A stretch of 63,296 bases of DNA from contig LWCA01000067.1 in NCBI GenBank assembly GCA_001642005.1, positions 1 through 63,296 on the forward strand, in the 5' to 3' direction. A program made the position numbers and the translations under genes. The notes under the pieces were generated by a model that saw nothing but the letters and a program-made list of their open reading frames with translations, made no database searches and had not been told where the DNA came from. The stretch is from Intoshia linei (Eukaryota; Animalia; Orthonectida). Positions 25,401 to 37,543 of the stretch are shown here, piece by piece (position 1 is the stretch's first letter; each line of letters starts with the position of its first letter).

Positions 25401-26592
25401 TTGAGTCAAAAGTTATGGGCAGATTTATAAATGACTAAATAATTCTTTACCACACTGTATATTATATAATACATTTATTTTAAGCTCATTCGAAAAAATT
25501 TTTATGATACATGAATTGATCGAAAGAATTAAGTAAAGTTAATATTTCAAATATAAAAAAATTTAGTTTGTTCGTAATAAAGGGAGGGGTCGCGACTCGC
25601 GAGGTATAAAAGGTTGACAACCAATGATTTATATAGTAAAAGTATACAATATTAAGTATCTTAAAAATATCATTTTTTATAAGCAAACTTCACGTATTAA
25701 ATCATAATGCAATTATTCATAATGATATTATATATTTAATATTATTAATTATTTTAATAAAAGTTTTTATAATACAGGTACATATATTTACTGTGATAGT
25801 ATTGTACACGTAGTTCTTAAACTCCACGGACACCTTAATTGAGTCCAAAATTATCGCGCTCTACCCTTAAAAAAATTTTACGATGGACTCATTTACATTT
25901 AGTAGGGGGACACCAGTTAAGAAACTTTGCCATATTCAATACTAATTAAATCTAAATTAATAAAAAATGTTAAGTAAATATTAGGGTAAAATCCAGTTTA
26001 ACTAAATCTAAGCAGACATTTTAATTTATCACTCTTAGAAGTGGATTTTTCAGTCTAGGTTTAGTAAAAATTACTATCAAAGTAAACTACTACTACAATT
26101 AATTCATTCATTATTTAAATAAAATTGTCGAAAGGTTTGAAAAAAATACAAATATATAAAAATAACAAAATGAACCTTTGGTAAATTAGTTGGAATCATA
26201 TAATTATATACTGTATCAATAACTTCAAAACATATATGTTCTCCTTCTTTGTCGCAGTCTAACCAAAGAACCAACAAATGACATTTTTGAGCAATTGACG
26301 ATAGTGTTTGGGCTAGAGATCCATTATCAGTTGATTTAACTAGCACTGGAATATCAAACAATCCTAATCCATCATTTCTATCTCCTTTACTAAAGTCTAG
26401 CTGTGTCATGTGTCCAAATACAGATGTAAAATATACTCGCACTTTACAATTTGTTGGTGGGAAAAAAGAGTTAAATTCGTGTACTTTGGATTTTTTCACA
26501 AATTTTTTATTTATTTGACCGTCTTGACATAAAAATTTTGATATGGAGTCAGCAATCATTGGCTTTTCAGCCACCATTAATATAGAATACAT
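19430..26592 (-). CDS. TOP3B: DNA/RNA topoisomerase III beta
   Basis: Exons 26176-26592, 23205-23507, 21401-21815, 20482-21360, 20213-20441, 20069-20165, 19730-19883 and 19430-19566 join in frame. Motifs: LMVAEKP, WLDCDKEGEHIC (TOPRIM), ELDLRIGCSFSR, YGPCQTPTL, catalytic GYISYPRTES, GDHPPI, IGTDASMATHI, several CxxC zinc ribbons and an RG-rich tail. The tail and DASM..HI point to the beta paralog. Confidence 0.93.
23951..25457 (-). mobile_element. Tc1-family transposon with long (~170-210 bp) TIRs
   Basis: 23951-24125 is the inverted copy of ~25248-25421. The right end terminates ...CACACTG|TA; the outer ~35 bp of the left TIR are missing. Confidence 0.9.
24154..25167 (-). CDS. Tc1 DD34E transposase, 337 aa, uninterrupted ORF
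   Basis: Paired-like HTH, RSGRP linker, ILSDECKF, KFGGGSLMVWGCF, QQDN then 34 residues to E in WPSQSLDMNPIENLW. Confidence 0.92.
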   Translation of the reverse strand: MVKSTSDFKRGMIISYHKEGYSGWEIVKKIGVSQKTVSNIVKKFKETGATELLKRSGRPIKANSTLLHYIETETLNNSRISSRKMSKKVEEKLNTNVSYNSVRIYRNSLGIHAYKSISSPKLEPRHINSRFIKSKKWVFMAESTIKTIILSDECKFNSIHADGNVQIWKKPNESLFEKNMNFTKKFGGGSLMVWGCFSYTGIGKIHFIDKRMNAIDYCDILSRILFASVEKMGLDTYIFQQDNNPKHTLKLAKQFFQHHGIELLSWPSQSLDMNPIENLWYIIKSKIACAQPNNLQVLKTLIEKYWYETSNDICQKLGLSFKKRLKLYKAKGKHFET

Positions 26593-26920
26593 TTTGAATT
26601 TGTTAAATATATATTTGTAGTCAAGACGTAAATTTAATATCACCAAGTATTAATTTGTGATTCACAAATTGTGAATGCAAATTACATATTCTGAAAATTT
26701 TCAGATTCTGCGATTGTACGTCAAATAATATTTTTTTGAATTAAGTTGACTCTTTTACCTAGATTTAGGACGTTTTATCAAATATTATGTATATATGTAT
26801 ATTATTACACATATTTTTTAACACGATTATTATAATCATGTTAGTTTTTATTACGATTTTCAGTAAAATTAATAATATCGCATTAAATCTTTCATCAACT
26901 CATGTAATGATTTAAATGTA

Positions 26921-26938
26921 NNNNNNNNNNNNNNNNNN
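26921..26938. other. Assembly gap (18 N) flanked by a ~110-bp direct duplication (26808-26920 and 27150-27262)
   Basis: N run and duplicate visible in the sequence. Confidence 0.9.
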
Positions 26939-27848
26939 TTAATAGAATTAAGTGACTATTTTTTAAATTATTAATGTTTTTAATGTTTGCATAATAACTT
27001 GCAAATATAGGTATAATAATTAGTGGAATCAAAATCAAAATATTTTCATGGTTTTAATGCAGTGATTCCGTGTTCATATAGTATACGGAATCCGTACAAC
27101 GGAGCGCCATTTAAAAATATTTATTTTTACGACCCCAAGGGAAACGGTGCACATATTTTTTAACACGATTATTATAATCATGTTAGTTTTTATCACGATT
27201 TTCATTAAAATTAATAATATCGGATTAAATCTTTCATCAACTCATGTAATGATTTAAATGTACATTTATTAATTGATATTTTCAGTATTTTAGCTATGCT
27301 AGAGTACATTCCATTTATTTATGTTTTAACAAAATTAATGAATTGCTCAAGCCAAGAATTTAAGCTGGGGATCGCCAGTGGGGATTAATCACGAAACATG
27401 AAATAGAATATTAAATAGATTAGAGCAGGGGTTCCCAAACTAATATATAAGTGGTTTTAGTAATATATTTTCTCAACGCCCCCCTAAAAAATTTTTCGAC
27501 TACGTCGTTTATATTTTAGTATTAATTATTAGGTAAGTGTTGAAATGTGGCATTTCATTGCCTTAAAGCTGTTAAAATTTAACGATTTTATTTACGTTAA
27601 CTCGTAGACCTTGTGAAAGAACATCTTCGAAATTTCAGAAAAATAGTAAAATTATTTGACGAGTTTTTAAAATATATTGGTTTTTGACCGTTCCAAATTA
27701 TTAGGTAAGTTATACAATTAATCACTTTAACTTAGTAATTGTTCTTACAAAACATAATTATAAATCACAAAATAACATTTAATGTTAAATAATTAAATTA
27801 AATCAAACTAATTACACAAACAACACTATAAAAAAAGAAATATATTAA

Positions 27849-28450
27849 TTAGTAATTGATGTAGTCACCTTGGTTTTCTACGATTTTCAGAAATCTATTG
27901 TCCATCGACCCGGTCAACATTTTTATTTGTACTGGGGTAATGGACTTTGCAACATCTACAATTGCACACCACAGGCCATTTGCGCTGGAATACTGAGTGT
28001 TGTTTGAATATACTACTCTTTTTATGATTGACCACATATTTTCAATGCAGTTGAGATCAGGAGACAAAGCCGACCAAACCATTAATTTTTTGTTTTTGAA
28101 ATGCTTTAATGCTAAAAAAGATTTTGTATCATTAGCTGAGTGACATGCTACATTGTCTTGCATAAAAAACTAGACCCCTTTTGAACTTTTGTGTCTGTCG
28201 AGAATACCATGGAAAGAAATTGTCCTTTAAAAACTGATATACGTGAACCTATCAACTCTAGCCCCTGCAGTGTGTCTAAATGGTCCAACAAGCTTATTAT
28301 CTACAATTGCCGCCCAAAACATGATACCTCCACCGCCTTGTTGCCTCCAAAGGCGGTATACCGGTCCCGACTCCTTACAAATCCAACCTCTCGCTCACCC
28401 ATCCGGTCCATCACGCAATTTCGTGAAGACTATTACCTTATCTCAAAACT
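27849..28450 (-). pseudogene. TRT-type (DD37E) Tc1-like transposase relic
   Basis: DGPDG*ARGW..RQQGGGGIMFWAAIV..LVGPFR..FFPWY, then MQDN and 37 residues to E in SPDLNCIENMWSIIKR. N-terminus deleted; contains a stop and a frameshift. Confidence 0.8.
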
Positions 28451-29430
28451 TTGGTAATTTTTGTTTTTTCGTCCTTTGTAAGGTCTTTTTTTGCCCATTA
28501 TTTATTTACCTAATAATTTGGAACATCAATTAATTAAAAAAGTTAATTAATTACTTTTTCTTTGACGATATACAAAATTTAAAAAACTTCTATCTCGTAA
28601 AAAATATTATAAGTTTAATTACTTAGCAAAAAAAAATTATCAATGTAAACAGTAAACCATAGTGTTCGGCGTCCCTAGGGATTAAAATGTATTTTTTAAT
28701 AAATTTTATTAATGGTGGGATAAAATTGAGATTTTTAAAATAATAGTGTAGCGGTCGCCTAGACTAGGATAATCAACATCTACAAACTCTAATAAATATT
28801 AAAAATTCTCCTATAAAACAAAATATAAACATATAAACACAATACAAAAAATAAACAAAAGTTGATCAAAATTTTTCTATATTTTATTTGAATCTCACGG
28901 ACCCCAGGCATATAACTTTGGACTCCAATTGTGAATTGTTTTAATGTATAAATTATTTATAAAAAATCATGAATGTGCACACTTTATATAAAGTGTGCTT
29001 ATAGGAAGTTTTCACTGTATTTGAAAATGAAAAATTGCGTAGTAATGAAAAAAACCCGAAGGAATGAATTATATAGATTTTCACCCATATTTCTTTATTA
29101 GAAATGTGTAGAGGTTCAATATACATTTTTTTGTTATTATAGCATCAATATTTACATTTGCAATTTTTATTTTACAAAATATATTAATCGAAATATTTGA
29201 AAAATATTGATTGATAATATATTAAAAATTATTTTTCATTCACAGACAAACAAAGCATATTATAGTAAGCATTCATAAGTAAGGATGATAAATTAAACAT
29301 TAGATTAAATTGTAAATCCCAAAATGAACACTTTAATAAAGTGTCATGTTAAATATCGGCAATCTAGGTTAAAAACTGGGAATAATCTATTCAGGTTAAA
29401 AAATTTCTATAATAAATTTAGAAAAATTAC

Positions 29431-31040
29431 GTTAGAATCAAAATCAACACACGTTACAGTTGCATTACATCCAATCAAATTGTTATTCAATGTAATATCA
29501 TCTTCAGTTACCTTCCAAACACGTGTTTTTTTATCATTGGAAGCAGTGGCCAGGAAACTCCCATCTTTTAGAAACGTTAAACTAAACTTTCAAATGTAAA
29601 ACAAATTTTATTAAATTGTATCAATGGTTAACATGAATCACGACGTAAAAAAATTAACCATGAATATAGCCCGTCCAGTGTCGATATTTGTATTGAAAAA
29701 GATATATATACTGTTGATATACTAAGAATTTAACACCATAGTATTTCATTTGACTAATATTTTTAGAGTTTCGATTGAAGTACCATTTAGAGAAAAATCA
29801 CCTCTAAGTCTTAGACTAAGACCTTCCCACCCATTTCTCATTAAAAAGTATATAACGTGGTTTCACACAAAATGAAATTTTGAATATTGAAAACAGCTTT
29901 TCCAGATTGATGCAGTATCGCTAATATAATTCCAAGAAATTAAAATGTGCATATCAAAAACCCCAATCTTGAAAAATTAAAAAAATGAAGCCGGAGACTT
30001 TAAAAAATAGCATAGCTAATACCTTATTTTCCAGTTAATATACAGTAAGTTTCTGAGATTGATATTTATTTTAATTTCTTCAGGAAAAAATCTCTTTTGA
30101 AATTTTTGTTTGTTCAAATTCTTAAAAAATCTTGACTCTTAGTTATTAAAAAAACTTTAACACAGACACAAACATTCAATTTTATATAGTAAGGATTAAG
30201 TAAAAAACCATAAATACCATACTAATTAATTCCATCCGAATGACAAGACTAAAAAAAATGTATTAAAAAGAAAAAAACCAAAACCTTGAAATATCGAACT
30301 TTATTAGGAATAGTATTTGTAACACTAAATTTTGATATATCAGGTTTGGTGATATCAACAGTATCTGAAGTAGCTTCAGCAATTTGAAATCTAATTTTTT
30401 CGCAAACATTATGTTCATTAAGTTCAATTTCTTTATTATACATGTCAATGGTTGAACTTTTATATTTTTTCAGTTGACAAACGATATCATTATTGAGTCT
30501 GGTTAAATCAATGCACTTTTCTTGTGATTTTTGAAGTTCCAAGACAGTAGAAGTTTGTTCATCCAGTAATTCTTCATTACTTCGCTTAATGGTTTTAATT
30601 TTTTGGTTCAATATAAAAATTTCATTTTTTAATTGAGAAATTTCTTCCTCTTTTCGATAACTTAACATTTCCTGACATTTTTTATCTTCAATCAATAGTT
30701 CATTTTTAGCTTTCAATTCTAAAATTTGGCTAATATTTGAACTTTTCATTCGATGAAGATTAGTCAATTCTTGTTGTTGTTCGTAATATTTTTGATTTGA
30801 TTGAAACGCTTGCTTATTAGTGTTTGCTGCACCCATATCCAGCTGGATTTGGTATTTCATGATATCTTTATTCTTTTCAGCCAATTCTTCAACCAATTTA
30901 TCGTTAAAATTGTCTGCTGCGTCTAATTTGGCGATTAATTCGTTGTATTCATTATAAATTGATTGAAATGGATTTTTTTCCATGCTATCTCGTAACAGTA
31001 GACTTTTTACAATTTCTTCAACAAAAATGGACTCTTCCAT
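29431..31040 (-). CDS. ATG16: Autophagy protein ATG16 (ATG16L-like); N-terminal helix, coiled coil and first WD40 repeats; 3' end unresolved
   Basis: Exons 30285-31040, 30223-30248 and 29431-29581 join in frame. IVKSLLLRDSMEKNPFQSIYNEYNEL (ATG5-binding helix), QQQELTNLHR coiled coil, SCHSDGINYLTFLKDGSFLATASNDKKTRVWKV and LIGCNATVTCVDFDS (WD40). Confidence 0.85.
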
Positions 31041-31202
31041 TTTATTTTCAAAGTATATAAATTTAAATATATATTTGCACAATTTGTACAATTTGGATTA
31101 GTGTTCCATTTTCAGAATGTATATCTATATCGTTACTATATTAATTTAAATTAATGTTCATTTTAGTTGTCAGCATAATTTTGTAACGATAATAAATACA
31201 AC
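31041..31202. promoter_or_regulatory. Probable bidirectional promoter between ATG16 and RPS25
   Basis: Divergent start codons only 162 bp apart. Confidence 0.6.
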
Positions 31203-31672
31203 ATGGTAGTTTTTAGTGTAATAATTTTATTTGATTAATAGGGAGCAAAAAAAAATCAACAAGCGACACAGAAAGCTGCAGCAAAGAAGAAACCTACCGC
31301 AAAAAAAACTACCGGTGGAAAGTCGAAAAAGAAGGTAAATTAATTATTTTTAACTCTTCAAATTTTTAATACATTTTGAAATAAAATTAGAGCTGGTCGA
31401 AAGGAAAAGTACGTGACAAGTTGGTAAATGCCCCTCTGGTTGTAGCCGATCAAATTGACAAACTTAAAAGCGATATTTCCAATTCTAAATTGATTTCCAT
31501 ATCAAGTGTTTCGGAACGATTCAAATTGAAGGGATCCGTTTCAAAAAGAATTATTAAAGAATTGCATTCTGAAGGTATGCAAATTTATATTTATTTAATA
31601 TTGTTTATAGGTAAAATTAGACAAGTTGTTCAACATTCAAAACAAATGGTATACACTAAAATTGCAGTATAA
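31203..31672 (+). CDS. RPS25: 40S ribosomal protein S25 (eS25)
   Basis: Exons 31203-31205 (ATG only), 31242-31334, 31391-31574 and 31611-31672. Product has GGKSKKKSWSKGKVRDKL..SSVSERFKLKGSVSKRIIKEL..VVQHSKQMVYTK. Confidence 0.95.
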
Positions 31673-31805
31673 TTAAAAATTTTGTATTTGTATTTTAAAA
31701 TTTATTTCCGATATTTACACCTTTTTTTCAACCTTATTTTTTTTGCAGAGTTTATTTAACATTTTTATGTTTCATAACAAATTTATTTTTACAAGTTACA
31801 AATGA

Positions 31806-34800
31806 CTATTTACGTTTTTTTTTTTTTGGTTTTGTTTGTTTTGATTTGGATTTTTTAGATCTTTTGGTTTTAGTTTCAATTAATGGTTCGTTTGGTATTA
31901 TGAATAAATCTAAATGTATTGTAAATGTATATTTCATGTTTTTTTACCCTTGCTAATAGGATCAAAAATTTGTAGGTTTTCCAATTTAATTGAATCTAAT
32001 ATTTGACTTGTCAGATTTTCTATTGCTACGTCGTTATCGTCTAATGTTTATTATTAATGCATCAAATGAAAATTATACATTAGAAGTGTGAATTTTATGG
32101 TGCAGGAACGGATAAAATCGTCATGCAGTTTTATGGCTAAACTGAAAAAAAAGAAGGTTTTGGAGAATTTAATTATTTCACAATTTGTTTTATTAGAATA
32201 GTTTCCAAATACAAAAAAATTGAATTGAATTGTACTTGAATTTGTGATTTCCAACTTTATATAAATTATAGTGTGAAAGTTTCACATAAACATTTAATTT
32301 TATATATATAGAGAAGTGTCAATTTTGGTACGATAATCAAGCAATGAAATTAGCACATTTTTTTTGTAAAGACTCATTAATTTTGAATGCAATATTAATG
32401 ATCCTTTGCACAATTGTACCTCTAGAACAGGGGTGAACAACGTGTATGCGGTCGTGGGCAATAAATCTGATCATAATGCAATATATCATTTTACTTCAAA
32501 TTGAAAAGTTAAAATGAGATTTTATTCATTGTCTAATTAAAATATTTTAATCAAAAAGTTACATTGTTGATTTTTCCCCAGTATCTCAAATGTCAGCGAA
32601 GGGCACACAAAATTAAGGCAGTCACTGATATATTTTTTTATGTCTTCCACTTTAATTATTAACAAATCGGTTTTTAATGGAACTTTTTTCTGTTGTCCAA
32701 TTAGTATTAATTATTTACACAAAAATTAATGATTAATGTTTTTTCAAATTTTTTTTAAATCAGATTTTTTCTTATTGAATCAGTCAGAAAAAATTATTGA
32801 TCTAAAAATTTGGTAAAATGGGATGTTTAAAAAAAATATTGGTAACAAGGGATTTGTTCCTTAAGGGTTGGTAAAATTTTGGTTTTTTCTTTTGAAATCA
32901 GATGGTAGTTTTTATTTTAAAACTTTGGTAAAAAGGGATTTCTTCCTTAAGGGTTGGTAAAATTTTGATTTTTTCTCATAAGATTATATTAAGTTGGATG
33001 ATTTAATGAAATATGTGAAAATTGTAGATTCGCCTACAATCATCTAAATTTTCGTATTCACATCTTGGGGTGACCAGTCACCCCCATGCGAAGCACTGCA
33101 TTAATCCTACTATTGCTATTTATTCCGATTCAGATAAATGACAAATATGGTGTTAATTTATATGAGTAAATTAAAAATTAATTTTAATTATAACTGGCTC
33201 ATCAAAATTTAAAGAAACTATTTTATTAGACTAAAATTTAGGTCCAGAGTAAATTTTTTGCGGACGTTGTATCAATGAGAAAAGTAGCATTGTGGCTGAA
33301 TTGGTGGAAACGTTATGCACCCCTGCTCTATAAAATGACCGCTATAAAATAAAACTGAAAGTTCCGCATTTTAATGAAAATGTGAATACTAATATAGTTT
33401 ACTGGGTCTTAATAACAGGTCACTGTATCGGATAGTTATAAAAAACTATCGATAATTTTGGTAATATAATTCAATCGTCTATTCATTAATAACGATAAAT
33501 AATAAACCTGGTAAATGTTGTTCAATTAAATCGGACTTGTAAGCATTTTCCGTGCTGGAATTATTAATTTCAGCTAAATACTGATTTGCACTATTAGAAT
33601 CATGAAAATAATTGCATGTTTTGTTCATCATATTATGAATATTTCTGGCAACGACAAAATCTTGAACGGTCATACATTTGAGATTGTTCTCTAAATGACA
33701 TAGAGGTAACAATGGTATTTTGAGACTAAGTGTAACCATTTTAAGAAATTTTGTAAAAAAACTAAGAGATGTCCTGATGGCAACAATCCATGCAGCATAT
33801 TGGCGAATTTTGTATAAAGGCATAAATTTAATAACAAAAGATTTTACATCTTTCGGATCATACTTATCGTTAGTACCGTCCGTGAATTTTTTTGCTATTT
33901 TAATAAAAAAATCCGATTCCTCAAAAGAATCTTGATACAATATATTGGTATAATCATAATTTCGTAAACTAAACCCTTTAGCATAATCCAAAACTTTTAA
34001 AATAATATTCTGATCTTGCACACTGTTTCTACATAAAGATTTAATGAAAGGTCTGGAAATGAGAATCAATGATCGAATTCGACTGGCAACATCCACAAAA
34101 TTTTTCAATATTTGAAATTCAGCAATATTGTGACATTGAATAAATAAATGTAAAGAATCGTATATTTTTTTCATTGAATTCAGGTAAATTTTTTTAGCTG
34201 ATGCACTACGTGAAGAATTACTACTAGTTTTACCCTTTTTTTTGCCTGATTTCTTTTTTTTTTTCTTTTTTGGTTTATTTAATATTAATAAATCTGTCAA
34301 TTTTTCTAAGCATTTTAAAATGTTGCAAATTTCGTAATTTTCAATATTATTATATTTTAATGTACATATTGCAGTGTGTCGGAATAAAAATTGAATATAT
34401 TCTTTCCATAGTACAAGATTTTTTTCATTTTTCAAAATTTCCTTTTTAGAAAAGCTTGGTGTATTTTCATACCCGTCATTGACTACATCCTTTGAATCAA
34501 TCATTGTAAACTTGTTTTTCAATTAGTTACAAAAATTAACAATTAAATTTCTTTTATTTTGTTACTAAAAATTACCAGTCTACAACAAATATTATTTGCT
34601 AATTACTCCAATTTTTACTACACTTCATTTTTACTTTTTCTTTGTGGAGCATTATTCACAATTAATTTATGCTATCAATAAATTGACAATTTTTATTAAA
34701 ATCTTTTGCGTGTGACGTTTACATAAATAACCATGTAGACCTCGTAAATTAATTACAAATGCATATATATAATTGTAATTGTTTTTTTAAATTTAATTAC

Positions 34801-37160
34801 ATTTAATTTTATCTTATTCTTTGTCTTCGTGTAAATGCATTTAAGCTTGACTGATTCTATTGAAAGTAATGGAAACATTAATTTTACATACAATATACTT
34901 TAATATGTGTGTGTAATTATTTAATGCAATAAAATCAAAAATTGGTAATTTAGGTTTATTGGTTTAAGTTACATTTGAATGATTCTCGTAGTTTGTTATT
35001 TCATTTAAAACTGATTTCCACATTGTTAAAGACTAAAATGTTTAAGTTAATGGTAATGTTTTTGTTTAATTGGCTTACATGAGTATGATAAGTTTTTTGG
35101 TTCATTGAATAACTGTACAGAAAGTCTGTTATTTCTACATTTTTTTGCATTAATAAATGCTTCATATTTTCCATCATTATGTCATAGAATTTGCTAAATT
35201 ATACGTTTTATTCACTTTGTTTATTATAAGATGGCCACATTTTCCGTTAAATTTTAAAATTATGAGATAAGAGTCAATGAGTGTTTTGTCTATTGGAAAA
35301 AAATATAAGACATTCACTAAAATAGGTATATCATTTTTAATATATCGAATATATTGTAATTGAAAGTATTATTCTATTGGCAATATAATTATTAATTATA
35401 TTGCCAACAATAATTAAAAATTATTAATTATAATACATCTTATTAAAGATTTAATGGTTTAAAATTAAATTGTGAAGTTCAAAATCACAATCTATAAAAA
35501 ATAGCATTTATTTATTTATTAAAAATCCCCATATTTAATTAAAATTTATTTAAATATTTAACTTAAATCTACTTTTTTTAAATTTTACCCTAGTTCACTT
35601 TTAAAGGTTTTTACTAGGCCTCATTATGAAGCATTATATAGTAAATTTTTTTTTTGATGTAGAATGAATTTTCTTTTAAGATGTTAAATGTATAATATTA
35701 GGTAGTGACAGAGAACGATAATAAGAAAAAGACGAAAAGAATTTTAATTATTAATTTAATCTTCGTATTATTAAATACTTATTTGATCCATCGTCTTCAT
35801 TACACAGAGCAAAATATTAAAGTTTTAAACTGAGTTTTATCAAAAAAATTAATAGAATTCTCGCTCAAAAAAAGTGTAATTTAAAAATAGTCATGGGAAT
35901 AATAGGTTGGGAACCATTGTTTCAATATCTTGATTAATATAATATACTTGAATTTTTTGATGTATATTTCAACTTGTTGTTTATTTCGTATGTCTCGATT
36001 CTTGTTTGATAGTTCTTTTTTTGCTATATACATTTGATGGTCCATTCGGCGTAATGAACATTTTATTCGACCCATTAGTCCTATATCATTAACCTATTTA
36101 ATAATATAAAGATTTATTTATCCAAAGTTGCTTCATGACTCCGCTGCAGCTGTTCAAATTTTCAACTTGACATGATCCTTTAATTTAAATGACTGAAAAA
36201 ATTTAGAGAAATTACTGAAATTACTAAAAACTTTTAAAACAAACTTACTCCTTTAAACCTGGTTAAATAACCTAATATTCATATATTATTTACAAACGTA
36301 AAAGGTAAAACATGTGTGTCATATCAATGAAATTATTTTTTTAATAGGTACACTTTTGTTAATAACTATAAAATACTCATATTTGACAATGATTTATGGA
36401 CTTGGCGGAAACAAGTTACTTAATGTTGAAATATTAAATAAGTCAAAAATTAACATGAAGGAATACTTAGTCGTTCAGACTTAGATGGATTATAAATACG
36501 TTTCTGGTTCGTCACAGGTGCCTTATTCAACATTGGAAACCTTGATACTACTTTTACTTCTTCCAAAAGGTTCAGTTTAATCATTTTATTCAAACTATTA
36601 ATCAACTGGCGACGGTAGACTAGATAGATTCGATTCAATGACGTCACTCAACCATGTAATCAGAAGTAATGACGGGTGGTGTGTAATAACCAGGGACGAA
36701 TTCAACGCAAACTAACGACTCGCGCCGACAAAGAGTTCTCGTTGATGTGTATGTTTACATCACATTATACTCAATACAAAAGAAGTTAAACGGATTTATT
36801 ATTCCTCTATGAAACAGTAAAACTCACCATTTTTGTCACCCTGATCGCCATACAAATATAAATAATAAAATTACTCTCATACTATGTTGATTGGATTCTA
36901 AACCTACGACTGTTTGAAATTGTTTTATTCTATATTCAATGTCTTGATAGTAATAGAATATTGTTCTAAATAATAAATCTTTATATATACTAACCTGTTG
37001 CCTCAATCAAACAATAATGAAATTTTTTATTGTGGTCACGATTTTCACTTATCTTATTATCTTGAAATTTATATTTAAATTTAATGTCAAAAAAGTCAGA
37101 GTTTTTGCATTTTGAAATAATTTTTAATACTTACACTTTACTTTATCATATGTACTTACC
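31806..37160 (-). CDS. Uncharacterised multi-exon protein with two poly-Lys tracts
   Basis: 347-codon ORF at 33479-34522 plus GT-AG bounded open exons near 36875-36965, 35948-36093, 31950-32254 and a terminal exon 31806-31909 ending KPKKKKRK*. No family recognised; the 5' boundary is approximate. Confidence 0.55.
32428..33325. mobile_element. hAT non-autonomous element carrying an internal TTCCTTAAGGGTTGGTAAAA repeat module
   Basis: TIR CAGGGGTGAACAACGT / ACGTTATGCACCCCTG; TSD CTCTAGAA/CTCTATAA. The internal module recurs at 18290-18470 and 54165-54600. Confidence 0.8.
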
Positions 37161-37543
37161 ATATTTTATTAAATTGATGTGTGTTTGTTACCGCTTATAT
37201 ATTAAATGAATAGTCGTAGAATTAAAAAAAGGCTACTTTCGATCACAATTTTTCGGAAGTAATGTTCATATGCAGGTTAGATTTTCACAAATTGAGTTCT
37301 TCAGTGTCAAAAACCCATTCCCACTTTCTTAAAAAATAAAATCAGACATTAAATTCAAAAATACATATTTTCTCTGACACGTTTTAAAATTATAAACATT
37401 ATCGTAAATAGAAATCTCAAAAATTTTCATTTTCACTATCAAAACCCAATGGCGCTTTTTTTAAAAAATGAAAAGTGTGGTAGATTTTTAAAAAAAGAAA
37501 TATTGCAAATTAGAGTAGGACACACATTAGCAATAATGTTTCT

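Larger units (their letters stand above)
23544..25626 (+). mobile_element. Buster/Charlie-type hAT deletion derivative hosting the Tc1 element
   Basis: Ends CATAGTTTCTCAAC / GTTGACAACCAATG. Relic coding KEFLFCSEFLTNTKTMDIYKKIDDFF and ISGVCTNGVPAML (~23650-23800) resemble the Buster EFLFC and GVCTDGAPAM motifs. No clean TSD. Confidence 0.65.

Noticed and set aside
26808-27262. ~110-bp direct repeat
   Set aside because: It abuts the N gap, so it is most likely an assembly overlap or repeat-collapse artefact.
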